A stretch of 64,000 nucleotides of DNA, taken from Candidatus Xenobia bacterium. GTDB taxonomy: Bacteria; Vulcanimicrobiota; Xenobia; Xenobiales; JADMJV01. This document shows, piece by piece, positions 19,726 through 29,367 of this stretch. The stretch is taken from assembly GCA_037968995.1 (NCBI GenBank), contig JBBKWP010000363.1, forward strand, positions 5,219-69,218, given 5' to 3'. Made by a program: the position numbers and the translations under genes. Position 1 is the stretch's first letter; each line of letters opens with the position of its first letter. Under the pieces are notes generated by a model. The model was not told where the DNA came from. It saw only the letters and a list, made by a program, of their open reading frames with translations, and made no database searches.

Positions 19726-20736
19726 TCAGGCTTGGAGAGCTGTGATCACGGCAACGTCAACGATATCTGCGGCTTTACATCCTCTAGACAGATCGTTCGA
19801 CGGCTTGTCCAATCCTTGAAGGATGGGGCCGATGGCCGAGTATCCGCCCATTCTTTCGGCAATCTTGTATCCGATGTTCCCGGACTGGAGGTCGGGGAAG
19901 ATCAAGATGTTCGCCTTCCCCGCCACGCTAGATCCGGGGGCTTTCTTCTGGCCTATTTCGGGGATGAGAGCCGCGTCAAGTTGCATTTCTCCGTCGACCA
20001 AGAGGTCAGGAGCCCGAGCCTTGAGGGTCTCAAGTGCCTTCGTCACCTTGTCTATTGAGGCGTGCTTGGCGCTGCCTTTTGTGGAGAAGCTCAAGAGAGC
20101 GACTCGCGGCTCGACTTGCAGAAACTGTCGACAACTCTTGGCGGTGGTGATCGCGATCTCTACCAACTGTTCGCTGGTCGGGTCGACCACGACGCCGCAG
20201 TCGGCGAACAGTAGGGCTCCGTTTTCTCCGAAAGACGAGCCTGGACGCTCCATGAGGAAGAAAGAACTGACGGTTCTTAGCCCTTTTTGCAGCCCCAAGC
20301 ACAGCAGCGCGCCCCGTACGGTGTGGGCGGTGGTGTTCGTGGCGCCCGCCACGGTACCATCAGCGCGACCTAAGCGAACCATCATGTTTGCATAGAAGAG
20401 CGGATCTTTGAGTTGCTCGACCGCTTGGTCCTTGGAGAGCCCCTTGTGCCGACGAAGGAGAAAGAACTCCTCAATGTATTGCTCGCGATGCTGGTCATAA
20501 GCGGGATCAACAATGGGTATATCACCCCAATCCCAACCTCCGCGGTCGACCCGACGCCCAATAGCCTTGGGGTCACCTACAAGACCAATTTTGACCAGAC
20601 CCTGACGATGCAAGATACTGGCCGCTTCGAGCGTCCGATCATCGTCTGATTCCGGCAGGTAGATTCTCTTGGGGTCAGCGGCGGCGCGGGCACGAAGCTG
20701 CTGAATGACGGTGTGGGTTGCGGATGTTTGTGACAT
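19726..20736 (-). CDS. pta: phosphate acetyltransferase
   Basis: PTA_PTB pattern: [63 protein letters not shown]. Internal ATG at 20736 (MSQTSATH) preferred. Confidence 0.88.
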   Translation of the reverse strand: MSQTSATHTVIQQLRARAAADPKRIYLPESDDDRTLEAASILHRQGLVKIGLVGDPKAIGRRVDRGGWDWGDIPIVDPAYDQHREQYIEEFFLLRRHKGLSKDQAVEQLKDPLFYANMMVRLGRADGTVAGATNTTAHTVRGALLCLGLQKGLRTVSSFFLMERPGSSFGENGALLFADCGVVVDPTSEQLVEIAITTAKSCRQFLQVEPRVALLSFSTKGSAKHASIDKVTKALETLKARAPDLLVDGEMQLDAALIPEIGQKKAPGSSVAGKANILIFPDLQSGNIGYKIAERMGGYSAIGPILQGLDKPSNDLSRGCKAADIVDVAVITALQA

Positions 20737-20826
20737 AGCAGAAGCTTTTTGTGGCTTGGACCGTAACTCCTCGCTAACGGGAAGGTTTTGACATGTCAAC
20801 ACCTAAGGATCCGCACCAGATCCTAA

Positions 20827-22119
20827 ATGGGCCGCATCAAGGAGAACCGTGATTTGCGTTTTACCCGCCTAACGAACAGTAAAATTTTTCAATCGTTCCA
20901 TCGACATTCCTTGCCGATCTTCTTTCTTGTCGTGCTCTTGTTGGCCGTCGCGGTCTTCGCTCAGGAGAAAGAAGGCGCGAAGGCGGTGGAGGACGTGACC
21001 CCCGTCGCTTCGCCGACCCCAAGTGCCGATTCACCAACCCCTTCCGTCGCTTCGCCTACTCCGGATGTCAATCAGAGCATCGAAGAGCTTTTCGGTCCTG
21101 ACACTCCCAAGAAGTCACCTGGGTCCGAGTCCCCGGTCACCGATGAGGGGCCCAAAAATATGGATCCCATTCTCTACATCTGCGACCGCGGCAACGGCCG
21201 TATCGTTATCATGAAGGGGCTCTCAGGAGATCTGTTCACCAGTATCGGTTTGCCGGGCTATGGAATGGGTCGGTTCTTGCGTCCTGCCCAGCTATGGGTG
21301 GACTATGAGGAACGCCTTTACGTCGCGGACAGCGGCAACAATCGAGTCATTCGGATCGATCAAAATAAACAGCCGGGTTGGTCGGAGGTCGATGGTCTTT
21401 CGGAGCCCCAAGGGGTTGCAGTTGATGGGACTGGCGTCTACATCGCCGATACGAAAGCCGACCGTATCGTGGTCTATGACGAACTCGTTGACAAGGCCCC
21501 CATTCGGGAAGCTTTGACCCATCCTGAGATGAAGCGGCCCACGGAGCTTTGGATCGATGGTCAAGGAGCTCTCTACATCTGTTGCGGGGAAGACCCTCCG
21601 GGCGGGAAGCTTATCAAGACTTGGGTGGAAAAGGAACGACGCAGATGGACCGTTTTTGCAGGCGAGGGCCTGACGGGTTCCCAATTCCTTCCCTCCTCGG
21701 TAGTCACTGTCAAGAACGGAATCAGATTGCTAGACAGTAGTGGTCAGCGGCTTATCTCTATGCAAGACATCGCTGGAACGCGACTCAAAGAAGACAGGTT
21801 TCGAACGGATCCTCGATGGCGGTTGAGTCGTCCTAAAGGTATGGCGGTGGACCCAACCGGTCGAATGTATATCGCTGATAGCGGAAACGACCGCATCATA
21901 GAACTATCGCCCAATGGGAACGTCGTGGATGAATTTATGATCATCGACAAAGACCCCAGCACCATGCTGTCGAATCCCTCCTCCATTTTCATCTACAGTC
22001 CGGCACCCGGACCTCCACCGAAGGAAGAAAAAGACGATAAGAAGGGTAAAAAAGGCAAGGCCGGCAAGGAGAAAAAGAAGCCGAAGGGCAGCGATCTCGA
22101 GATTGACACCGACTGGTAA
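20827..22119 (+). CDS. NHL-repeat protein with N-terminal membrane anchor/signal and Lys-rich tail
   Basis: Hydrophobic IFFLVVLLLAVAVFA. SPTP-rich linker. NHL-type units YICDRGNGRIVIM, YVADSGNNRVIRID, YIADTKADRIVVYD and YIADSGNDRIIELS. Tail KEEKDDKKGKKGKAGKEKKKPKG. Confidence 0.75.
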   Translation: MGRIKENRDLRFTRLTNSKIFQSFHRHSLPIFFLVVLLLAVAVFAQEKEGAKAVEDVTPVASPTPSADSPTPSVASPTPDVNQSIEELFGPDTPKKSPGSESPVTDEGPKNMDPILYICDRGNGRIVIMKGLSGDLFTSIGLPGYGMGRFLRPAQLWVDYEERLYVADSGNNRVIRIDQNKQPGWSEVDGLSEPQGVAVDGTGVYIADTKADRIVVYDELVDKAPIREALTHPEMKRPTELWIDGQGALYICCGEDPPGGKLIKTWVEKERRRWTVFAGEGLTGSQFLPSSVVTVKNGIRLLDSSGQRLISMQDIAGTRLKEDRFRTDPRWRLSRPKGMAVDPTGRMYIADSGNDRIIELSPNGNVVDEFMIIDKDPSTMLSNPSSIFIYSPAPGPPPKEEKDDKKGKKGKAGKEKKKPKGSDLEIDTDW

Positions 22120-22178
22120 CGGACTGGCCCAAAACAAGTTCGGTTCCTGCGGTGCTCCGCAGCCGAGCTCAAAAGCGC

Positions 22179-23624
22179 TTAGGTGTTGCTACTCTTTACC
22201 GTGTTGTCTTTTTCTAAGCGAAAGCCGTCGACGGTCGAAACCAGGAGATAGCTTTCCCCGGATTTGACCCGGCTCTTGAGCATTTCGGTTGCGATCATAT
22301 TCTCCACAGATCGCACAAAGCTTCTGCGTAAAGAATCCGCGGTGGAGTGGTTCTCCGCCATGAGTGAGGCGGCGATCTCGGGGGCTATTCGCAACCGGAT
22401 AGACCGCCGCTGCCAAAGTTTTTCTTCGAGTTCTCGCGACCAACGAGTCACAAGTTGGCGATACTCTGGTTCATCCAAGGGGGCGAAGAGAACGATTTCA
22501 TCGACTTTTTCGGTCAGTTCACTGCCTAAACCGCGTTCTAGGTCCGGAAGCAGTTCCTGTTCCATTCTCTCGAGGTCCATTCCGGCGCGGGCCGACAGCC
22601 TAAACCCCAAAGGTTGGTTGCGTTCCAAGAAATCCGCATCGATGTTTGAAGAAAGTACGATCACATGATCCCGAAATGATACGCGGTGCCCGTGTCCGTC
22701 GGTGGCGAAACCACGGCCCAAGATGTGAGTGATTCTCGCGATCGCACGTGGATGAGCTCTCTCGATGTTCTCTAGCAAGAAAATCGAATACGGATACTCC
22801 AGAGCGAGTCCCGTTAACAGACCGAACGGTTCCTCGCTCGACCCGGTAAGGCGATCCGCCTCCTCCTCACCGCTGAACTCTTCCATGTCGATACGCAGCA
22901 GTCGCTCCTCGTCACCGTAGAGGAGTGCGGCCAACAGGCGTGCCAGCGTGGCCTTTCCAGCACCCCGTGGCCCGATGAACAGGAAGGCTGCCAGAGGTCG
23001 ACGAGATTCGGCAAGTCCCGCCCACGCTCGCGTCAGAGTGGAGACCACCCTGTCGACTGCCGATCCCTGCCCTACCATCTGGTCGTTGAGCACGTCGCGC
23101 GCGCTCTGCATCCGTTCTTTCCATCGACGCATCTCGGCCTGTAGTGAGCGTTGGCCCTCCCCTTTTCGAAAAAAAGTTCTTGGGCGGCGACTGGTACGTT
23201 CGGTGATTCGCTCCTCCACAGCGGCGGCCCAACTGGTAAGATCGATGTCGAGATGGGTGAGAAGTTGGCACGCATCGGACTCGCGGTCCTTGAGAAGCGA
23301 CCAGAGAAGAGTGAGACTATCGGCTTCGGTGCCCTCGAGTCGCGCACTTTCTTCGGCAAGACGTACAATGCCGAGGGTTCTCAGGGTGGGTGGCGGGTTC
23401 TCTCGCGCGTAGGCGTTGTCACCCTTTCCCACTTGGCCGACGACTTCTTGACGCAGTCGCGAGAGCGAGAATTTTCGCTCTCGAAGAAACTTCGCGGCCG
23501 ATCCCTCTCGATATCCGAGCAAGCCCAACAAAAGGTGCTCTGGCCCCACGAAGCTATGTCCAAGGAGGCGGCACTCTTCTCGGGCCCGCTCCAGTGTAGC
23601 CTCGAATCCTGGTGTCCGCCTCAC
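22179..23624 (-). CDS. Clp_N-domain plus single ClpA/B D2-like AAA+ module, with non-canonical Walker A and B
   Basis: Clp_N: LERAREECRLLGHSFVGPEHLLLGLL. D2-like: MVGQGSAVDRV, FIGPRGAGKATLARLLA, IFLLENIERAHP, VIVLSSN, and a C-terminal D2-small-like region. The GTG at 23624 overlaps the upstream stop (GTGA). ATG 23660 is the alternative. The track start 23774 would overlap the upstream gene by ~150 nt. Confidence 0.75.
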   Translation of the reverse strand: MRRTPGFEATLERAREECRLLGHSFVGPEHLLLGLLGYREGSAAKFLRERKFSLSRLRQEVVGQVGKGDNAYARENPPPTLRTLGIVRLAEESARLEGTEADSLTLLWSLLKDRESDACQLLTHLDIDLTSWAAAVEERITERTSRRPRTFFRKGEGQRSLQAEMRRWKERMQSARDVLNDQMVGQGSAVDRVVSTLTRAWAGLAESRRPLAAFLFIGPRGAGKATLARLLAALLYGDEERLLRIDMEEFSGEEEADRLTGSSEEPFGLLTGLALEYPYSIFLLENIERAHPRAIARITHILGRGFATDGHGHRVSFRDHVIVLSSNIDADFLERNQPLGFRLSARAGMDLERMEQELLPDLERGLGSELTEKVDEIVLFAPLDEPEYRQLVTRWSRELEEKLWQRRSIRLRIAPEIAASLMAENHSTADSLRRSFVRSVENMIATEMLKSRVKSGESYLLVSTVDGFRLEKDNTVKSSNT

Positions 23625-25567
23625 GCCGGCAAGGTCTCCAAGTTGTAGTCTCCGTTCCATGCTAGAAGATCTTGCGCGCAACACACCACAGTGAACGGCT
23701 GTTCGTACCACAACCATGATGGACAGCGTAAAAGTCGAAATCCACCGGGTTGCGCGACGATGAGGTGGTCCCACTCTATCTCGAACTGGTGCATAGCCAT
23801 CAGACCGTCTTCTAAATTTGGAATGCCGTCGATGCTTCCCCGCAACCCGAGACGTCCCAGAACCAGAAGGCGTCGCGCCGGAAGCTTTCGGACGGTAGAG
23901 AGCAGTGCCACCAGGAGTGCGAAGGCCACGTTACCGAGATCACTATCCAGATGGGCGTCTTTTTCTAGCTCTTTCTGGGGAGTAGAGACAAGAGTGCTCA
24001 TGACTCGAAAACTCTTGGAAAGGTAAGACGAATCGAGGTTTTCGAGGACGCCTTTGGCCAGGTCGAGACTCGGCAGCAACTGGTCGCAGCCCCAACCAAA
24101 GAGTTGGTCTTTGACTCCGCGACCGAGTTCGGCTTCGAGCCGCAGAGTGTGAACGCTCCCATCGGCTGGGAAGGTGACGAAAACCTCTACCTCCTCGGAA
24201 ATGTCGCGAGTTCGATAGATTCCGTTCGGCCCCGACCGGGAGCCGTGGACGAGCTTACTCTTGAGCAGCGCCGAGAGTTGTTGAGCGCCGAACATCTTTT
24301 CTTGTGAGAAGAGCTGCTCAGCCAGTTCCCAGACTTCGCGAGTGTCGGGGAAGTTCGAGCAGAGCTGCTCGAGTTCCCTGAGGAGATTGGCAGGGCTCAG
24401 AGTTCGATTCTTCGCTCTTTGCCAGAGAGAAAGAACGGCCATGAGCGATTCTTCATTTCGGGCAGGCCCAACCTCGGAAGATTGGGGAACTTTCGGCCGA
24501 AGAGCTTTGAGGTCTCTCTCAACGTCTCGGCCCGCCAGTGCTTGGCTCCACAGATCCTCCAGGCGTGTGCGGAACGGTATCTCACCCTTCTCGAAGACCT
24601 GTTCATAAGCTGAGGGATCACGTAAAAGAGCGGCTTCGGTACTATAGACTGAGCAGGCTGACGACCAGAGCCCTTTGGAAAGAAGACCCTCTGCCCGCAA
24701 TCGATCGATCCGAGAAGGACCCGGCGGGAGGTCTGATAGCAAACTGATAAGTTCGTCATAGCGACCATTTTCCAGCATCAGTTCCGCGACTTCACTGAGC
24801 CCCTCGCTGTCGGAACGGTCGAGGTTCTCGGTGTTCTCCATTAGTGTGAGCGCGGTGTCCAGGTCTCCTTGCATTCTCGCAAGCTTGGCGACCATGATTT
24901 TGGCTTTGGTACCATTCCAATCTAAAGCAAACCGTTGCTCTTGCCAAAGACCGTCAGAATCGAGTTCCAAAACACGTTCGAATTCGCCGCGTGACAACTC
25001 AAGCGAACCTTCTTGGTAGGTCAGAAGACCTAACAGAAACCGCAAAGACGGCGAGTCCGGATCCGCTTCGAGTGCCAACATGGTCGACTCTTTGGTCTTA
25101 TCTGCGGAGTGTTCGCCTAACTGTTCAATAACGAAAGTGTAGAGAGCTAACGATTCGCGAACTTTTGAACTTGGCGCGATTTCGCTTCTTCGGATGTACT
25201 GTGGCCGGAGAAGGCGTAAATCCGTCCATCGATTGAGGACGACCAGTAGAGTGCCCACCCGGTCGAGGGGACTCATGGAGACGGGCTCGGCGTCGAGCCA
25301 CTGGAAATACGCTTCTAAAGCCTCTTCGAGTCGACCCTCCATTTCTCGAACCAAGCCAAGCCACTCCCAATAGAGGGCACGAAGGTCGGAGCGCGGGTCG
25401 AGTTCGATGGCCCGCTGATAACTCGCAGCAGCTTCGTCGACGCGATTGATTCTCAGAAAAGCTTCTCCAAGGGTCAGGCAAAGCTCAGACTCCTTGGGGG
25501 CTGCCCGAGAGCCCTCTTGAAGTTCTTCGAGCCGAACGCTTGAGGTGACGAGGTCGTCTTTACTCAT
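23621..25567 (-). CDS. TPR-repeat protein with C-terminal Lon-protease-like (S16) domain lacking the catalytic Ser/Lys
   Basis: N-terminal TPR-like helices (LGEAFLRINRVDEAAASYQRAIELDP...). The C-terminal ~165 aa (about nt 23732-24223) align by eye to Lon_C: DSDLGNVAFALLVALLSTVRKLPARRLLVLGRLGLRGSIDGIPNLEDGLMAM versus KDGPSAGIAM..ALVS......[25 protein letters not shown]. Confidence 0.65.
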   Translation of the reverse strand: MSKDDLVTSSVRLEELQEGSRAAPKESELCLTLGEAFLRINRVDEAAASYQRAIELDPRSDLRALYWEWLGLVREMEGRLEEALEAYFQWLDAEPVSMSPLDRVGTLLVVLNRWTDLRLLRPQYIRRSEIAPSSKVRESLALYTFVIEQLGEHSADKTKESTMLALEADPDSPSLRFLLGLLTYQEGSLELSRGEFERVLELDSDGLWQEQRFALDWNGTKAKIMVAKLARMQGDLDTALTLMENTENLDRSDSEGLSEVAELMLENGRYDELISLLSDLPPGPSRIDRLRAEGLLSKGLWSSACSVYSTEAALLRDPSAYEQVFEKGEIPFRTRLEDLWSQALAGRDVERDLKALRPKVPQSSEVGPARNEESLMAVLSLWQRAKNRTLSPANLLRELEQLCSNFPDTREVWELAEQLFSQEKMFGAQQLSALLKSKLVHGSRSGPNGIYRTRDISEEVEVFVTFPADGSVHTLRLEAELGRGVKDQLFGWGCDQLLPSLDLAKGVLENLDSSYLSKSFRVMSTLVSTPQKELEKDAHLDSDLGNVAFALLVALLSTVRKLPARRLLVLGRLGLRGSIDGIPNLEDGLMAMHQFEIEWDHLIVAQPGGFRLLRCPSWLWYEQPFTVVCCAQDLLAWNGDYNLETLPA

Positions 25568-25636
25568 GGGCCAAGACGTTCGGGCAGGCCCCGGGTGGAA
25601 CCTGTCGTAGCCGGTGGGATGGAAGCCATTGGACCG

Positions 25637-26656
25637 ATGTTGCCTTTCTCCTTAGGGACCGTCGTCATCGATCCACCCCTGCTTTTGGCGCCTATGGCTG
25701 GGCACACAAACATCGGATTTCGGACTTTAGTGAGGGAACTGGGCAGTTGCGGACTGGTATGTTCCGAACTCATCTCCAGCCACGCCTTGGAAGTGACTCC
25801 CAATGCTCGGAAAACGACAGAGCTTTTCGATTGGTCGCCACGGGAATTTCCGTTTGCTGTTCAACTTTTCGGCGCTGACCCTCAAGAGATGGGAAGGGCT
25901 GCCCAGATCGTAGTGGACAGAGGGGCCCCCATAGTGGATATCAATATGGGCTGCTGGGTGCCCAAGGTCGCCAAAAAAGGCTGTGGTGCCGCCCTGCTTG
26001 GAGATCTGCCGAGGGCCCGGGCGGTGGTCGCCGCGGTTTGTCAGGCGGTGAAGGTGCCGGTGACGGTCAAAATCCGATTGGGCCTCGAGCCGGGAAATCC
26101 CACCGCGGTTCCTTTCGCTTTGGCCGCGGCCGAGGTCGGCGCTCAAATGATCACAGTGCATGGGAGATACGCCCGCCAAGGTTTTCAAGGCGATTCGGAC
26201 CACACGATCACAGCTGAGATTAGACGACAACTGCCGAGGGATGTGAAGGTGATTGCCAATGGTGACATCATAGACCTAGCGTCCGCTCGAGCCGTCTTGG
26301 AGCAGACCCGTTGCGATGGTCTCATGCTGGGTCGAGCGGCGCTCCGTCGCCCTTGGGTCTTTCGAGAGTTGGCCGCCGAATTGTGTTCTGGGTCCGAGAA
26401 GCCGGGAAATTTTCTGCCGTGGGAGATCGCGCAACGCCACCTGATTTTGGCACAGGAGTTGATCAAAAAGCCTGAGGCTGTTTTGGTTCGGGAGTTGAGA
26501 GGTCAGTTGTTGCCGTACCGGTTGGGCGCTCCCCTGGATACGCCGAATCAAGAACGCGGACTGGTTGAAGGAAAACTTCGCCAGGCCCTTGTGGAGGCAA
26601 AGACCTTTCAAGATCTTGCAACAGTCTTGAACCTGACTCGTGATTATCTTGAGTGA
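25637..26656 (+). CDS. tRNA-dihydrouridine synthase
   Basis: LLLAPMAGHTNIGFR, VDINMGCWVPKV, VTVKIRLG, ITVHGR. ATG 25637 gives a family-typical N-terminus. Alternatives are GTG 25595 and ATG 25619. Confidence 0.88.
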   Translation: MLPFSLGTVVIDPPLLLAPMAGHTNIGFRTLVRELGSCGLVCSELISSHALEVTPNARKTTELFDWSPREFPFAVQLFGADPQEMGRAAQIVVDRGAPIVDINMGCWVPKVAKKGCGAALLGDLPRARAVVAAVCQAVKVPVTVKIRLGLEPGNPTAVPFALAAAEVGAQMITVHGRYARQGFQGDSDHTITAEIRRQLPRDVKVIANGDIIDLASARAVLEQTRCDGLMLGRAALRRPWVFRELAAELCSGSEKPGNFLPWEIAQRHLILAQELIKKPEAVLVRELRGQLLPYRLGAPLDTPNQERGLVEGKLRQALVEAKTFQDLATVLNLTRDYLE

Positions 26657-26815
26657 CGCAATGCCGACGACTTGGGCGATGGATCTTCTATCGAAGAATT
26701 GTTCGGACTAAGCAGTAGTGTGAAACACCGACCGAGAACTACTGAGGGTCCGATTGCCAAGTTTAGTAAGTTGGGATGCGGGGACGAGACTAGAGTCTGA
26801 AAAGGGGACCAAACC

Positions 26816-28474
26816 TTGAACGAACCGAACGCCGAAGCCGCCGAGTCAGGGGTCCGGTTCATCGCCCCGAGCAAACGACTCTGGGTCTTGCCGATCCTAC
26901 GCGCACTAGAGCAGATGGATGGGTCAGGTCGACCTAAAGTCGTCGCGGAAAAGGTGATGGATCTTTTCTCTCAGGGGCTCAACGAAAAGCAGTTGATACA
27001 GTTGCGCGACCACGCCGGACTGGGATGGACTCGACTTGAGATGGTCAAATGTGGTCTGCTCGGTGGTGAGCGCGCCCTTTGGTCACTGACACCTCTGTCT
27101 CGCGTATACCTCCGAGCTCACAGGAATGACGTCTTGGACCCTCCTCGGCATTTTTTGTCGAATTCTAGTGATGCGGTGGAGGTCACAACCGAAATCGTGT
27201 CGGTAACCGAGACTCGAGCCTACGAAATCCCCATACTTTCCGTGGTTCGTAAGGGACGAATGATGCGACACGAAATTCTGGCTCGGGTCTACCACCATCT
27301 TAAAGACCGTCTGCTTCCTGGAGACACCAGAACGGTTCCTGACAAAAAGGTCATGGTCGCGCTCGAGCGGGCCGGTTCGGCCCTTTCCGGTATGTGGCGT
27401 GACGGTCGGGTGAGAAATCCGGTCCGCGGCTATTGGGAGATCACTGATCGAGGTCGGGAGTCTCTAGAGTTAGGAGAAGCGTTCTTCAGCTTAGCTCAGT
27501 ATCAAGGAGCCACTCGAGCAATGGTGCTCATCTCGTCGGGTCATTCTGGAAAGTCAACGTTCACTCCAAATCTACAGACCCTCAAAACGATTTTGGGAAC
27601 AACGCTTTTCGGTGAGTTGCAAGAGTGTTTACAGTTCAATAGAGGGCCATCGCCGGTCAACCCATTGGGACTGTCTCGGAATCTCATCTTCTACGGTCCT
27701 CCCGGTACCGGGAAAACCCGCTTAGCGAAGTTAGTGGCTCAGTCTTTGGCCGAGGACGAGCATCCGGGACCCGAGAGTCGGTGGCGGATCCTTTCTTTTC
27801 ATCCCGGCTACGCCTACGGGGACTTTATCCAGAATCTAGAACCGAGCCAGGAGTCTCAATCATTGACCTATCGGATCTCGACGGGCTCCTTTTTGGAATT
27901 TTGTGCTCAAGCCGATGCTGAACCAGACCGATTCTTCGTGATGGTTATCGACGAACTCCATCGCGGTGAGGCATCCCGAATCTTTGGGGAACTGGCCTAT
28001 GCCATGGAGTATCGTGGCGAAGAGGTCGAACTGGCCAGAGGGGGCATCTTAAGAGTCCCCACCAATCTCGTAATCCTGGCAACCGTGAGCAGCGCCGACG
28101 CCCACGCTTTTCCTCTCGATTCGGCGCTAAGGCGCCGGTTTTCTTTTTTGCGAATCCCACCAGACCCTGAAATTATCTCCGAACTGTTGGTTGGGAACGC
28201 GGAGTTGATGGCTGGAACACTCGAACTGTTCAACGAGTGGGTTGAACAGACGCTCGACGAGGATCATACCATAGGTCACAGCTATTTCCTGAATCCGAGC
28301 CTCCACCCTTTCACTGCCATCACTATGGAGCGGGCTTGGCGCACGGAGATCCTGCCGTTGATGGAGCATTATTTCCTCAGGAATCGTGAGCTCATTGCGG
28401 AGTCTCGGATCGCCTGGAAACGGGCTATCAAATCCGCGGCGAAAAAACTTCATACTGCTCAAGCGGGGGCTTAG
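26816..28474 (+). CDS. McrB-family AAA+ GTPase with two N-terminal Mrr_N-like winged-helix modules
   Basis: AAA_5/McrB motifs: NLIFYGPPGTGKTRLAK, FFVMVIDELHRGEASRIFGELAYAMEYRG, VPTNLVILATVSSADAHAFPLDSALRRRFSF. Two N-terminal modules (LWVLPILRALEQMDGSG...WSLTP and YEIPILSVVRKGRMMRHEI...GYWEITDRG). TTG start; the 5' end is uncertain. Confidence 0.75.
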   Translation: MNEPNAEAAESGVRFIAPSKRLWVLPILRALEQMDGSGRPKVVAEKVMDLFSQGLNEKQLIQLRDHAGLGWTRLEMVKCGLLGGERALWSLTPLSRVYLRAHRNDVLDPPRHFLSNSSDAVEVTTEIVSVTETRAYEIPILSVVRKGRMMRHEILARVYHHLKDRLLPGDTRTVPDKKVMVALERAGSALSGMWRDGRVRNPVRGYWEITDRGRESLELGEAFFSLAQYQGATRAMVLISSGHSGKSTFTPNLQTLKTILGTTLFGELQECLQFNRGPSPVNPLGLSRNLIFYGPPGTGKTRLAKLVAQSLAEDEHPGPESRWRILSFHPGYAYGDFIQNLEPSQESQSLTYRISTGSFLEFCAQADAEPDRFFVMVIDELHRGEASRIFGELAYAMEYRGEEVELARGGILRVPTNLVILATVSSADAHAFPLDSALRRRFSFLRIPPDPEIISELLVGNAELMAGTLELFNEWVEQTLDEDHTIGHSYFLNPSLHPFTAITMERAWRTEILPLMEHYFLRNRELIAESRIAWKRAIKSAAKKLHTAQAGA

Positions 28475-28983
28475 CCGATGAGGTCGTGTCTTCGATACGA
28501 CCAGACCGGACCGTTGATTACGAGTTCGCCGAAGCCGGGCGTCTCGCCACCTCGAGGCGAGGTGACACTGCCGGGGTTGATGATCGCACAAAGCCCGTGT
28601 GGGGTCGCGATCTCCTCAAAGCGCTGTTTGTGAGTGTGGCCGTGGATGATCACCTGAGTGAAATCGGGAAAACGTTCAACGACCGCGAAGGCGTGATCCA
28701 AGGGGAGGTCCCAGCCGTGAATCATGCCGACCGATACATTTTCTAAGGTGCGATGCACCGTGTGTGGCAGAGTTCGTCCAAAGAATGTGTCGCAGTTGCC
28801 TTTGACGCAGAGTACCGGAGCAATCTCTTCTAAAGCGACCAGAACAGATTCGTCGACTACGTCTCCGGCGTGCCAAATCTGGTGATATCCCTTTTGGAGA
28901 GCTTGCATTAAAGCCCGCGCGGAAGGCAGGGTCGGAGCCCAAGAATCCCAGTGGGTGTCGGATAGGATTGCGATCTTTTGCAT
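28471..28983 (-). CDS. metallophosphoesterase, YfcE/MJ0936 family
   Basis: ILSDTHWD, HAGDVV, GNCD, MIHGW, IIHGHTH. Its 3' end overlaps the convergent McrB-like gene by 4 nt. Confidence 0.85.
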   Translation of the reverse strand: MQKIAILSDTHWDSWAPTLPSARALMQALQKGYHQIWHAGDVVDESVLVALEEIAPVLCVKGNCDTFFGRTLPHTVHRTLENVSVGMIHGWDLPLDHAFAVVERFPDFTQVIIHGHTHKQRFEEIATPHGLCAIINPGSVTSPRGGETPGFGELVINGPVWSYRRHDLIG

Positions 28984-29013
28984 TTCAAAGTTTGCCGCGT
29001 GAACTCCGAGGCC

Positions 29014-29367
29014 TTAAAGGATCTCCAAGACGAGATCGAACTCCCTTGCGCTCTCAGACTTGAGCGCCGACCACCAGTCGGCCCATTCGGCGGGGATTCT
29101 GGCTTGACCAGTCTCCTCCGCCTTCACGACTTCAATTCCGTGGCCCTGAACCGCCTCTAGTATCATTTGGGCGGCTTCCGCCATGTAGCAGCCATCCGAG
29201 AGAGCCGCGCTCGCGACTGTGAGGCGCAGACGTCCCTCTTTCCAGCGCGGATAAAAAATCGGTCGACTAGCGACCGAACGGAACGAGAGAATCAAACGGG
29301 CTGCCTCTTCTAAGGCGTCGCGCCGTAGGGGGGCGGTGCATCGAACCTCCACGCTGGTTATCTTCAA
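29014..29367 (-). CDS. small hypothetical protein downstream of the DsrE-like gene
   Basis: Same frame as track ORF 29014..29529. The candidate TTG start at 29367 overlaps the DsrE-like stop (TTGA). A GTG five codons downstream is the alternative. No family recognised. Confidence 0.4.
   Translation of the reverse strand: MKITSVEVRCTAPLRRDALEEAARLILSFRSVASRPIFYPRWKEGRLRLTVASAALSDGCYMAEAAQMILEAVQGHGIEVVKAEETGQARIPAEWADWWSALKSESAREFDLVLEIL

Noticed and set aside
22147-22162. 6-bp GC hairpin (ctgcgg tgct ccgcag) between the convergent NHL and Clp-like genes, as a bidirectional terminator
   Set aside because: The stem is short and has no flanking T/A tracts on either strand. Evidence is insufficient to call a terminator.
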